From: Sphingomonadaceae bacterium
Lineage (GTDB): Bacteria > Chloroflexota > UBA6077
Length of the DNA: 41,445 nt
NCBI GenBank assembly: GCA_050261575.1
Contig: JBLNDL010000012.1
Span: forward strand, 1 to 41,445
Direction: 5' to 3'
Position numbers and translations under genes: made by a program. Positions 26,070-35,429 of the stretch are shown here, in pieces. How positions within the stretch are numbered: position 1 is the stretch's first letter; each line of letters opens with the position of its first letter. Under the pieces are notes generated by a model, which saw only the letters and a program-made list of their open reading frames with translations, was not told where the DNA came from and did no database searches.

Positions 26070-26332
26070 ATGCCTCGAATCCGCTTCCTGAAGCTGACCT
26101 GTGGTCATTGCGGAGTCGACTACAAGGTGCGGCTGGAGAAGGTGGCAGACAGAATGCCCTTCGAATGCCTTGCCTGTGGGGCCAGTATTGAGACGGCCCA
26201 GTATGCGGGGTGCTTGAACTGATCTACCAGTACACTGCTCTGGTGGTGAAGCTGGAAGGGGAATTCGCCCTGGAAGGAGATACGGCGGTGCCTCTGCCCA
26301 AGGAGCCAGGCAAGAAGCTGGTGACCTGGTAG
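26070..26332 (+). pseudogene. Zinc-ribbon protein with apparent 1-nt frameshift
   Basis: AAGGAG RBS and CGHC...CLAC. In-frame TGA at 26220, but one extra G in the G-run at 26207-26210 gives ...YAGVLELIYQYTALVVKLEGEF...VTW-stop at 26332. Confidence 0.5.
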
Positions 26333-26396
26333 CTCTTGACACAACCACTACGCTGATGTAGCCAGGCATCCTCGTTTCGAGCATGCGCTCGCTCTC

Positions 26397-26429
26397 GCTG
26401 CAAACATTCTGCTAACAAACGCGTTAGCA
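26397..26429 (+). repeat. Putative integrase arm-type sites, right end
   Basis: TGCAAACA, TGCTAACA and inverted GTTAGCA. Same motif pair as 15497-15517. Confidence 0.65.
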
Positions 26430-26452
26430 CCAACCGGCACAGGATGCACATA

Positions 26453-26494
26453 ATGGCCCGTTCAGGTGTAGAAGTGCCGTACTGAACGGGCCAT
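26453..26494. repeat. 13-bp inverted repeat near the right att site
   Basis: ATGGCCCGTTCAG-N16-CTGAACGGGCCAT. Confidence 0.6.
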
Positions 26495-26533
26495 CTTGTA
26501 CTATGTGGTATACTTAGGACGCTGATTCTCGAA

Positions 26534-26598
26534 CTTCAAAACCGTCTGCGGGGCGGTAATCGCCGTCCCGGGTGGGTTCGACTCCCATGCGCCTCCGC
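26534..26598 (+). repeat. att core repeat, right copy (3' tRNA-Sec fragment)
   Basis: 65-bp exact duplicate of 15363-15427. Confidence 0.95.
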
Positions 26599-27020
26599 TA
26601 AGAATGAGCTAGAGCCGGGCACGGAATTGGCCTGGCTCTGTTCTTGTCTGGTTTCCGCGTTCGCTCTCTGGTGGCGCGTTGTGGTTTGTAGTGAATGCTG
26701 GGGGAATGCTGTACAGTGTTTAGCCTCGGCCTGGTTGCCCCTGGTCGGCGTCGCGGGTTCGGTCTCTCTCCTAGGCGAATCCTCGCGCGTGCTCCCACAC
26801 CAGTCTTGAGCGGTGGTGTGCGGAAGCGTGCGGGGTTTCTCTGCTTCCTGGTTACCTGACTGGTCATTCCTGCCCCGACCGTGCGTCATAGCCTCCTGCT
26901 CCCACCTCCGCTCGTCGGCAGTCGATTAGCGGTCCTGATCCTACAGGCGGGACGACGGGAGTCGATAGCCGCGACGAGCCTCCAGCGTGGACACTTGGCC
27001 TCGAGGGACGGGACTTGTTG

Positions 27021-27516
<496 letters not shown>

Positions 27517-27718
27517 GCAGGCAGACTGTGGAAATGTGGACGGCTCTGCGGACCCGCCCACACGTCCACCGGCCCGACGACTGCGACGCTGGGAATTGCG
27601 CTCGTCGATTCCCATGCTCGATGGGACTCATACCGTTCTCGCGGCGTCGGCCCAAGATGGTCGATGCTTCCGAGGGACGGCCGCACCACTCCACGCTGTC
27701 CCTTGGAAGCATCGACCG

Positions 27719-29152
27719 TTACGAGAGCGAGGATCGGACCCGTTCGGTCTGCTGTCCCAGGTCTACACCCTGGCTCAGCAACGTCCTCTGAAGAGCTAAG
27801 CGATCCAGGGCTCGGGGCTGGACGCCAGCGGCCGCTGCAAGACTGGCCGCCGCACCTGCGGCCTGGCCGATCACCATGCAGCAGTGCATGCTGCGAGTGT
27901 ACTTGTCCGCTTCGTGGGTCTGGGAGATACACCGTCCTCCCACCAACAGCCCATCGATCTCCAGCGGCACGAGCGAGCCGTACGGCAGCTCGTAGGAGGT
28001 GAGCGGCCAGTGGATCTTCCTCCAGGCTACGTCGCCCGCCGCGCCCTCGCCACCATCGGGGCTGTGAGTCTCGATGCCTATCTCGCCTCGCCGGAAGAGG
28101 CGCGCGACCGTATCCTCGTAGGTCTTGCCCGCCGCGATATCCTCCTCGGTGAGTACCGCTTCTCCCCGGATGCGCCTGGTTTCCCTCACACCGATGCTGG
28201 CCGAGGTCTCGAGGACATAGGCGTTCTCGCAGCCCGGGAGCGTCTTGATGAAGGAGACGAGTTGCCGCATCTGTCTGCGGGCCTCGATCTCCGCCCGGGT
28301 CAAGTCTCCGGCCTGCGTGCCGTCCACGCCGTATACACGGGTGCTGTTCACGAAGGCGGTGCCCCGAGCCACGTCCACACCTTCGAAGCGCAGGTAGTGG
28401 CACTCCGGGTCCAGTTCGCCACGCATTCGGGCATCCTCGACCTCCCGGAAGAAGCCGAAGACTCGGACGAGGCCCCGATCGATGTCGAGCAACTGGAAGG
28501 TGGGATCGGCCGTGAAATCCTCCGGGTGGGCCCGAGCAAACTCCACCATTTCCCGAACGTCGATGCCCCCCATTCGGAAGATCACCGACACGGGGCGCAT
28601 CTTGCCATCCCGCTCCCGACCTTTGACGCAGGGCACTCCCGCAGCCGCCGCGATGTCGGCATCGCCGGTGCAGTCGACCACTACCTTGGCCAGCGCAGCT
28701 TGTCGGCCAGACTTGCTCTCTAGAACCACTCCGGCCACCCGTCTGCCATCCAGAATCGGAGCCGCACAGTTGGTGTAGAAGAGAGGTTGCACTCCAGCTT
28801 CCAGCACGATGTCCAGGGCCACCTCCTTCAGCTTCTCCGGATCGAAAGGTGTCGCCGGACCGCTGAGAGCCCCTCCCTCCCGGATCAACCGGGCAATCAG
28901 TTCGTGGGCGAAACCTGTGCTGGTGTCGAGACTGGCATTCCACATCGCCATGAGACCTGCTGTCGCGGCTCCGCCAAGGAAACCGTTGCGCTCGATCAAC
29001 AGCGTCCTTGCACCGCAACGCGCAGCAGCCACCGCCGCCCCGAGGCTCGCCGGCCCCCCGCCGGCCACCACCACGTCGACATCGGCAACGACGGGCAGTT
29101 CTCGCTGGGGCTCCACTACCCTTCCCCCAGCAATGCTGGCTCGAACGAACAT
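27719..29152 (-). CDS. FAD-dependent oxidoreductase (FAD_oxidored-like)
   Basis: DVVVAGGGPA, ERNGFLGG, VDCTGDADIA, GVRETRRI, LPYGSLVP, GRCIS and GQAAG. Confidence 0.9.
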   Translation of the reverse strand: MFVRASIAGGRVVEPQRELPVVADVDVVVAGGGPASLGAAVAAARCGARTLLIERNGFLGGAATAGLMAMWNASLDTSTGFAHELIARLIREGGALSGPATPFDPEKLKEVALDIVLEAGVQPLFYTNCAAPILDGRRVAGVVLESKSGRQAALAKVVVDCTGDADIAAAAGVPCVKGRERDGKMRPVSVIFRMGGIDVREMVEFARAHPEDFTADPTFQLLDIDRGLVRVFGFFREVEDARMRGELDPECHYLRFEGVDVARGTAFVNSTRVYGVDGTQAGDLTRAEIEARRQMRQLVSFIKTLPGCENAYVLETSASIGVRETRRIRGEAVLTEEDIAAGKTYEDTVARLFRRGEIGIETHSPDGGEGAAGDVAWRKIHWPLTSYELPYGSLVPLEIDGLLVGGRCISQTHEADKYTRSMHCCMVIGQAAGAAASLAAAAGVQPRALDRLALQRTLLSQGVDLGQQTERVRSSLS

Positions 29153-29198
29153 GATACCCTCCCGATGGCGCCCACAGGTGAGACAGGGAGAGGTTTGC

Positions 29199-29230
29199 CC
29201 TGGGGCGACGCAAGTGAGCGTCGCCCCAGG
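29199..29230. repeat. 13-bp GC-rich hairpin downstream of tctC (possible mRNA stabiliser or attenuator)
   Basis: CCTGGGGCGACGC-AAGTGA-GCGTCGCCCCAGG. Confidence 0.55.
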
Positions 29231-29270
29231 ATGCCTCGATGTCCTCCACCCGATTCTCAGTGCGGGCTCA

Positions 29271-30350
29271 CTACTTGGCCAGTTCCATCAGAGGTTTCAC
29301 CTGGGTCTCGACGTCATCCCAAAACGCGGCCGTCTGGTCCGGTCCCATGTAGGTCAACGTCATGCCCATCTCTTCGATCTTCTTCTTGTGTTCCTCTGTC
29401 TCCATCGCCTTCTTTACCGCTGAGGAGAGGACATCCACCACGGGAGCCGGGGTTCCCGCTGGCACGGACAGAACTCGAGTCACGTAGGAGTAGATCTTGT
29501 AGCCCTGGGATTCCGTGGTCTTCACGCCCGGCAGGAGCCTGCTCTCCTCCTTATCCATGACGCCGAGGAAGCGTACCTGCCCGTTCTTGTACGCCGAGGC
29601 GAACACCCCGAGGGTGCCCAACTGGAAGTCGGTATGACCCCCCAGAAGGGCCGAGGTAGCGGGAGCGCTGCCTTCGAACTGGACGATCGCAAACTTGACC
29701 CCTGCCGCCTTCTGCAACTGCAGGATCGATAAGTGCTCCGGCCCCATGACGCCGACTGAGGAAGCCTTGATCTTCTCAGGGTTGGCTTTGGCCGCATCGA
29801 GCAATTCTTGGAGAGTCCTGTAGGGGCTGTTTGCGGCAACTGCCACTACCTGCGGGTCGGAGACATGCGTCGCCACGAACTGTAGGTCCTTGCGCCCGAA
29901 GACCGCCTTGCGCTCGGGATCGAGGTAGATGGTGACCGTTGCCGGCAGAAGTGTGTAGGCAAGAGTGTATCCGTCCGGTTTGGACTGGGCCAGTTCCGTG
30001 ATGCCCACCTGGGAACCAGCTCCTGCCTTGTTAACCACTTGAATCGGGACTCCCAATTCCTTCTCCATCAAGGGAGCCAGGAGTCGAGCACCTACGTCAG
30101 TGCTGCCACCGGGGGGAAATGGAACAATCAGGGATATGGTCTTGCCCTTGTCGGGGAAACCCACTTGCCCACCGGAGGCAGTGGTAGGCTGGGCAGTGGC
30201 CTGTGAGACAGGGCTCGCAGCCTTCGTGGCCTCGGCAGCCTTCGTCTGCGAGGGAGCCTGCGTGGGAGAAGCACTACCTTGATTGCATCCAACTGCCAGG
30301 AGAGCCGCCAGGACGATGACAGCCACTAGAACGCCGACTAACCGGTTCAT
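29271..30350 (-). CDS. Tripartite tricarboxylate transporter substrate-binding lipoprotein (TctC/Bug family)
   Basis: Lipobox LLAVGC, IVPFPPGGSTDVGAR, VVNKAGAG, KPDGYTL and LLGGHTD. GGAGGAGG RBS. Confidence 0.9.
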   Translation of the reverse strand: MNRLVGVLVAVIVLAALLAVGCNQGSASPTQAPSQTKAAEATKAASPVSQATAQPTTASGGQVGFPDKGKTISLIVPFPPGGSTDVGARLLAPLMEKELGVPIQVVNKAGAGSQVGITELAQSKPDGYTLAYTLLPATVTIYLDPERKAVFGRKDLQFVATHVSDPQVVAVAANSPYRTLQELLDAAKANPEKIKASSVGVMGPEHLSILQLQKAAGVKFAIVQFEGSAPATSALLGGHTDFQLGTLGVFASAYKNGQVRFLGVMDKEESRLLPGVKTTESQGYKIYSYVTRVLSVPAGTPAPVVDVLSSAVKKAMETEEHKKKIEEMGMTLTYMGPDQTAAFWDDVETQVKPLMELAK

Positions 30351-30495
30351 GTTCTCCTCCTCCGCTGTTCGTTGTGAAGAGTCCCGGGGATGTGCCGACC
30401 TCCCAAGGGTGCTGCCCGAGTCGCAGCAACTGAACTCGGGCACCGCCTTGCTTTCTCCGAAGCCGATAGTCTGGTAGCTCTCTACCCTCCTTACA

Positions 30496-31941
30496 CTAGC
30501 TGCTGAGAGACAAGTCTGCTCCCTGCCGGAGCAACTCCTCCTGCAGACGGTGAACGGCGAGATCTCGCAACCCCATCCCCTCGCGGACCGCCAGGGCTGC
30601 AGCAACACCGGCCGCCTGACCTGTCTGCATGCAGATCGGCATCAGCCGGGTAGACCCCACAGTCTCGTAGTCGGTGGATATGCAGCGCCCCGCCACGATC
30701 AGCCCCTCGAGCCCACGAGGGAGAAGGCAGCGGTAGGGGATGTCGTACCAGTCCCCTGCCGGTGGGCCAAAGGGCTTGCGGGTTGCCGTCCAGAGGTGGC
30801 GAGGAGTTGGCTCGTCGTCTCGGTTGACGATCAGGTGATCGTGCAGGTCAATGATGATAGCGGTGCTGGCTATGGCGTCTGGGAACTTGCGGCCCGCCCC
30901 CAGATCACGCCAGGTCAGAACGTAGTCCCCCACGATGCGCCTGCTGTCTCGCACTCCCAGCAGTTCGGCTGTGTCGATCAAGTAAGCCTGCTCGCAGCCA
31001 GGTATGTACTTGCGCAAGAACTGGAGGTACTCCCAGACCAACTTCAAGCATTTGTTCTGGGTGGCACTAAGCTGCCAGGGGTCGGTGGCATCCACTTCCA
31101 CTGCCATGTCCACGTTTACCACCCAGATGCCTGCATCGTTGGTGCGGGCAGGACGGAGGGAGACCAGGTTGTAAGGGGTGTTCTCGTGCATGACGTAGTC
31201 CGGCAGGTGAATCTCCCTCGCAGCGCCTGCCTGTTGAAGCGCACCGAACCACAGATCCCCGCTGGTGACGAATCGGTTCTCGTCGATGCCCCCGAGTCGA
31301 AAGATCAGGCTGATCGCCTGGCAATGGTTGTCGGCGGGGTGACCCAACTGGTATTCGGCGCCGGCGAAAGCGGCTACGTCGCCATCGCCAGTGGCGTCCA
31401 CGGTCACTTTCGACACGACGGCCCGTCTTCCGGCCTTGGTAGCCAGGACTACGCCGGTTACACGGTTGCCATCCTTGAGCACCTCATCGACCGGGCTCCG
31501 CAGAAGGATGGATACCCCGGCTTCCTCCAGCATCTGCACGAGGGCTATCTTCATCAGTTCGGGGTCGTGGCGCTGAGTCTGCTGGAGGATGGCTTCGGGA
31601 AACTCGCCTCCGGCGAAGTCCAGATTGTGTCTCCCATGTACCCGCCTCCCCATGCCGCCCACATCCCGCATCCGGGCAATGAGTTCCGCGAGGATTCCTT
31701 TCACTTCCCTGCCCGCACGACGGGAGAAGCGGGTGAAACTGAGTGCCCCGTCGATGAGGCCGGCAGTCATGGTGCCCCCGAGGCAACTGCCGGCTTCCAC
31801 TACCACCGTCCGCGCACCTGCTCGCGCTGCGGCGATGGCCGCGGCGACCCCGGCCGTGCCTCCCCCGACGACCAGAACCTCGGCATCTGCCAGGATTGGA
31901 ACAGGATTGCCGGATGGCACGATGGTGGATTCTGATGGCAT
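30496..31941 (-). CDS. FAD-dependent oxidoreductase (paralogue of 27719-29152)
   Basis: VLVVGGGTAG, LGGTMT, VDATGDGDVA, GVRDSRRI, IPYRCLLP, AGRCIS and GQAAG. Confidence 0.9.
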   Translation of the reverse strand: MPSESTIVPSGNPVPILADAEVLVVGGGTAGVAAAIAAARAGARTVVVEAGSCLGGTMTAGLIDGALSFTRFSRRAGREVKGILAELIARMRDVGGMGRRVHGRHNLDFAGGEFPEAILQQTQRHDPELMKIALVQMLEEAGVSILLRSPVDEVLKDGNRVTGVVLATKAGRRAVVSKVTVDATGDGDVAAFAGAEYQLGHPADNHCQAISLIFRLGGIDENRFVTSGDLWFGALQQAGAAREIHLPDYVMHENTPYNLVSLRPARTNDAGIWVVNVDMAVEVDATDPWQLSATQNKCLKLVWEYLQFLRKYIPGCEQAYLIDTAELLGVRDSRRIVGDYVLTWRDLGAGRKFPDAIASTAIIIDLHDHLIVNRDDEPTPRHLWTATRKPFGPPAGDWYDIPYRCLLPRGLEGLIVAGRCISTDYETVGSTRLMPICMQTGQAAGVAAALAVREGMGLRDLAVHRLQEELLRQGADLSLSS

Positions 31942-32021
31942 TGGGTCAATCCTCCTCTTAATAGATGCTCAGTTGCACGAAACGCTGCCGTCCGTGCAGC
32001 ACGCGGGGGTTCTGAGAGGGG

Positions 32022-33110
32022 CTAGCCGCCGAGGTTCCGGATCGAGGACGTCGTGTCTGGCTGGGAGACAGGACCGGGCTCTACCCTCTTCGTTCGCTCT
32101 CCCGCCTCCGGGGCGCCACAGGATCGACGCACCACTAACGTCGTTGGTAGCACCACCAGGCGTGGCTCAGAAGGGCCATCCCCTTTCAGGCGCTGTACCA
32201 GAAGCTGTGCGGCGGTAGCGCCGATCTCGCGCTGGGGAAGCTGCACGGTAGTCAGGGGTGGATCGATATGCTGGGACCACGGGAGATCGTTGAAGCTCGC
32301 CAAGGCTATGTCATCTGGGACCCGGATCCCTCGCTGCTTCAAGTAGCGAAGTACCCCCATCGTCATGACGTGCGTCGACGCGAAGATCGCGTCGGGGGGG
32401 TGTGTGAGACTCAGCAGTTGAGCGGCAAGGGCAAAGCCCTCCTCTTCCGAAGAACGCCCTTGCATCTCCAACTCCTTGCGGAGCGGGACACCGTGGAGCG
32501 ACAAGGCATCTCGGTATCCGGCAAGTCTGGCTGCACCAGACGGCGACCACTCCGGAACGCCGATCATGCCGATGCGGCGGCGCCCCAGTCCCAACAAATG
32601 AGACACGACGGCTCGACTCCCTCCCCGCTCGTCGGCGATCACGGCGTCCACCGCCAATTCGGGGAGGTAGCGGGTGTTCATGACCACTGGGATACCGGCA
32701 CGGACGAGGCTCTCGAGGGCAAGGCGGCTCTGAGGACCCGCCGGGGCGACCAACAGGCCATCCACCCTGCGCCTCCGAAGTACGCCCAGGACATGTCTTT
32801 CCAGTTGGTAGTCCTCGTTGGCGTGCGAAAGGATCATGGTGAGACCGTTGCCGGCCAGCGTCTCCTCGACGCCCACGAGGACCAGGTTCCAGGTGGGGGA
32901 GGTCAGCGTCGGGATTACCACGCCGACCGTGCCGCTTTGTCTGGTCTTCAACCCTCGTGCGAGTTCGTCCGTCTGGTAGTCGAGTTCGGCGACGGCTGCT
33001 AGAACACGCTTGCGGAGATCCTCGCTTACGTACTTCTTGCCGCTGAGCACCGCCCACACGGTGGCTTGGGAGACTCGTGCCATCCGAGCGACATCACGGC
33101 TGGTAGCCAT
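32022..33110 (-). CDS. LacI-family transcriptional regulator
   Basis: TSRDVARMARVSQATVWAVL HTH, ARGL hinge, PDAIF, VPDDIAL, PPLTTV and VVRRSC. Confidence 0.9.
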   Translation of the reverse strand: MATSRDVARMARVSQATVWAVLSGKKYVSEDLRKRVLAAVAELDYQTDELARGLKTRQSGTVGVVIPTLTSPTWNLVLVGVEETLAGNGLTMILSHANEDYQLERHVLGVLRRRRVDGLLVAPAGPQSRLALESLVRAGIPVVMNTRYLPELAVDAVIADERGGSRAVVSHLLGLGRRRIGMIGVPEWSPSGAARLAGYRDALSLHGVPLRKELEMQGRSSEEEGFALAAQLLSLTHPPDAIFASTHVMTMGVLRYLKQRGIRVPDDIALASFNDLPWSQHIDPPLTTVQLPQREIGATAAQLLVQRLKGDGPSEPRLVVLPTTLVVRRSCGAPEAGERTKRVEPGPVSQPDTTSSIRNLGG

Positions 33111-33157
33111 GGGCACCTCTGAGACAGGAAGTGGAAGGGGTAGCGACGTTCGAGGTC

Positions 33158-33217
33158 CAGCAGTACGTACTGCTGTACGTACTGCTCCAGTATACGGGGC
33201 TGGCGCGAGGCTGTCAA
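33158..33217 (-). promoter_or_regulatory. Near-consensus sigma70 promoter with LacI-type operator over the start site
   Basis: TTGACA(33217-33212)-N17-TATACT(33194-33189). Perfect palindrome CAGCAGTACGTACTGCTG at 33158-33175, plus an overlapping second GTACGTACTGCT at 33175-33186. Confidence 0.8.
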
Positions 33218-33262
33218 CATGTTTTGCCTCCACTTTCCGGAGGCTGCACCCTCGGTGCTACG

Positions 33263-33958
33263 CTACCTCCCGCACCGGGACATCAGGACCCGGTACACGG
33301 CGAGGAACAGCACGCTGCCCGCGCTGCCCCAGTACGTGGCTGTCGCCACCATCGTCCCTGTGTCGGTGCCGCTCAGCAGGGCGTGGGCTAGCGACAGAGC
33401 GAACGCCAGGAAGCTGCCGAAGTGCAGCAGGCGCCAGGCGTGCGGCCCGATGCGACGGCGCACGTAGAAGCTGAAGGCGATGATCGCCAGGAGGTAGAAC
33501 CCGAGCTGGCCCAGGCCGACGGGGATCGGCCGGTACTCGGCGTTGGCGAAGGGCAGCGCGAGTTGAACGATCGTCGGGTCCATGTAGCGATCGCCCAGCA
33601 GGATCAGGCCGTGGAAGAGCGCCAGCGCCAGTCCGAACAGGCTGAAGTATTGGTGGAGGTCGAAAGCTGTTGGTGCTCCGGGCCAGAGGCGAGCCAGCTT
33701 GTTCGTCATCGAGAGACCCACGACCATCGACAGCCAGAGCATGCCGAAGGCGGCGAAACCGCTCGCCCGCGACATGAACCAGAACACCTTCGGCTCCGCC
33801 CCGACGAGCGTGGCGCCGAGGCCCGGCAGCAGGACGGGCAGTAGGACGACGGCACCGAGAGCGCCGAGGACGACCGACAGCAGCACGAGGACCACGTCGC
33901 GCAGCGGTTTGGGCGGCGGCAGGGTATCGAGGGTATCGCGCGGAACGTTCGAGATCAT
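33263..33958 (-). CDS. Ferric reductase-like (MsrQ-like) transmembrane cytochrome b
   Basis: W..SRASG, TM helices with candidate heme-ligand His (LHQY, FHG, LHF, AHA) and WRLLH. Confidence 0.8.
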   Translation of the reverse strand: MISNVPRDTLDTLPPPKPLRDVVLVLLSVVLGALGAVVLLPVLLPGLGATLVGAEPKVFWFMSRASGFAAFGMLWLSMVVGLSMTNKLARLWPGAPTAFDLHQYFSLFGLALALFHGLILLGDRYMDPTIVQLALPFANAEYRPIPVGLGQLGFYLLAIIAFSFYVRRRIGPHAWRLLHFGSFLAFALSLAHALLSGTDTGTMVATATYWGSAGSVLFLAVYRVLMSRCGR

Positions 33959-33960
33959 AT

Positions 33961-34887
33961 TCAGCTCCAGAGGTATCTCTTCATGCGTCGAGTCCAGACG
34001 GTTCGGCCGTCGCAATCGACCAGCAGTCCGGCGAGCCGAGGCCGCGCCTCCAACCAGGCTGCGCCCTCGCGGCTGCCGAGGATCAGCGCCACCTTGGCGG
34101 CGGTCTCCGCCTCCAGGGCAGTCGGTGCCACGACCGTCGCCGCCAGGATGTCGGTCTCGGCCGGCCGGCCCGTTCGCGGGTCCAGGATGTGGTGGAAGCT
34201 AGCGCCGCCACGCTGCCACCTTCGGTAGTCTCGCCCGGAGGTGGCAACGCCCCCCTCCGGCACGACCAGTAGTGCGATCTGCCCGCCGGTGTCGTGGGGA
34301 TCGGCCACGCCGATGGGCCAACCGCCTTGCCCGGCCGGCGGCCCGCTGAGGGCGATGTCGCCGCCGGCATCCACGAGCGCCGGACCGGCGACGCCCAGGC
34401 GCCTGGCGGCCGTGTCCGCTGCCCAGCCCTTGGCGATGCCGCCCAGGTCGAGCCGTGCGTCCTGGCGCAGAGCCACGGTTCGCGTCGACTCGTCGCAGAC
34501 GATGGCGGAGAGGCCCGATGCCGGCACGGGCGCCCGCGCCGGCATCGGGTCGGGACCCGCCTCGGCGGCGACCTCTTCGAAGGTCCGATCGTAGCCTGCG
34601 GCCTCGAGGGCTCCGAGCAGCGTCGGGTCCACGAGCCCCCCGCTGGCTCGCGCCGCGGCGAGGGCCGCCTGAACGACCTCCCAGAGGACCGCGCTCACCT
34701 GCACGGGGTTGCCGGCGGACCGGTTGAGCAGGCTCAACTCGCTGTCGGTGCGGAAGCGCGACAGTCGCTGCTCCCAGTCGGCAAACCAGCCCGGGACGCC
34801 GGCCAGCAGTCGACCGGCGGCGCGCGATTCGGCGTCGATCGCCGCCAGCATCTGGCATCCCATGGCGCGGAACTCGAGCCGCTGCAT
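33961..34887 (-). CDS. apbE: FAD:protein FMN transferase
   Basis: FRAMG, SRFR.DSEL, DPTL, DLGGIAKG, DAGGD, VATSG and HHILDPRTG. Confidence 0.92.
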   Translation of the reverse strand: MQRLEFRAMGCQMLAAIDAESRAAGRLLAGVPGWFADWEQRLSRFRTDSELSLLNRSAGNPVQVSAVLWEVVQAALAAARASGGLVDPTLLGALEAAGYDRTFEEVAAEAGPDPMPARAPVPASGLSAIVCDESTRTVALRQDARLDLGGIAKGWAADTAARRLGVAGPALVDAGGDIALSGPPAGQGGWPIGVADPHDTGGQIALLVVPEGGVATSGRDYRRWQRGGASFHHILDPRTGRPAETDILAATVVAPTALEAETAAKVALILGSREGAAWLEARPRLAGLLVDCDGRTVWTRRMKRYLWS

Positions 34888-34898
34888 CGGTCGTTTCC

Positions 34899-35363
34899 TC
34901 AGCGCGACGAGCGGGTCCGGGTGACCGGCCGTGGGGCCGGCGGAGCGCTGACCGGGCGCAGAGCCGGGGCCGGCCTCGGCGCGGCGACCACCGGCGGGGG
35001 AGCCAGTGCGGGCTTCGGTGCCGGCGCGGCGCCCCGGCCCGCGGCCGGAGTCGGCGCCTGTGTCGAACCCGCGGAGGGCGGTTCACCGCCACCTCCGGCC
35101 GCCGGAGGGGTTGGCAACGCCGCCAGGGTTGGCACCGCCACCACTGTCGGGATCGGGGCCAGCGGCAGCGACAGTTCCCGCGTCTGGGCGATCGGCGCCT
35201 GGGTGGCAACCGCCGCCGTCGGGTTCGGCGCTTCCTGCCGGCTGAGGATCGCCCACCCGGCGAGGGTGCCAGCCAGCGTCGCGGTCGTGATGAGTGTCTT
35301 CAGGCCTGTGGTCCCCGGCTTCCCCGGCCGGCCAGCCGGGCGGGACGTACGAGCCTCCGTCAT
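34899..35363 (-). CDS. Membrane-anchored Pro/Ala-rich protein ending VTRTRSSR
   Basis: GGAGG RBS, N-terminal hydrophobic anchor and long low-complexity linker. Lies directly upstream of apbE. Confidence 0.7.
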   Translation of the reverse strand: MTEARTSRPAGRPGKPGTTGLKTLITTATLAGTLAGWAILSRQEAPNPTAAVATQAPIAQTRELSLPLAPIPTVVAVPTLAALPTPPAAGGGGEPPSAGSTQAPTPAAGRGAAPAPKPALAPPPVVAAPRPAPALRPVSAPPAPRPVTRTRSSR

Positions 35364-35429
35364 GATGCAGCCTCCGAACTTGCAAGTACCTGGCACGAAC
35401 GACGCCACCCGTGACCTCGGATCGCGTCG

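Larger units (their letters stand above)
15363..26598. mobile_element. Integrative phage-satellite-like element inserted in tRNA-Sec (11,171-bp excisable unit)
   Basis: Identical 65-bp direct repeats of the tRNA 3' portion flank integrase, Xis-like, primase-helicase and terminase genes. Confidence 0.9.

Noticed and set aside
26220..26250. Selenocysteine read-through of the TGA after GCLN, given the nearby tRNA-Sec
   Set aside because: Read-through hits another TGA after 8 codons and no SECIS-like hairpin is evident. A 1-nt frameshift explains the sequence better.
26534..26598. Second tRNA-Sec gene
   Set aside because: Lacks the 5' acceptor strand, the D arm and the 5' anticodon stem. It is the att duplicate.
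27520..27600. CTGTGGAAATGTGGAC...CCCACACGTCCAC hairpin as an IS-associated end motif
   Set aside because: The resemblance is vague and there is no associated transposase or partner end to support it.
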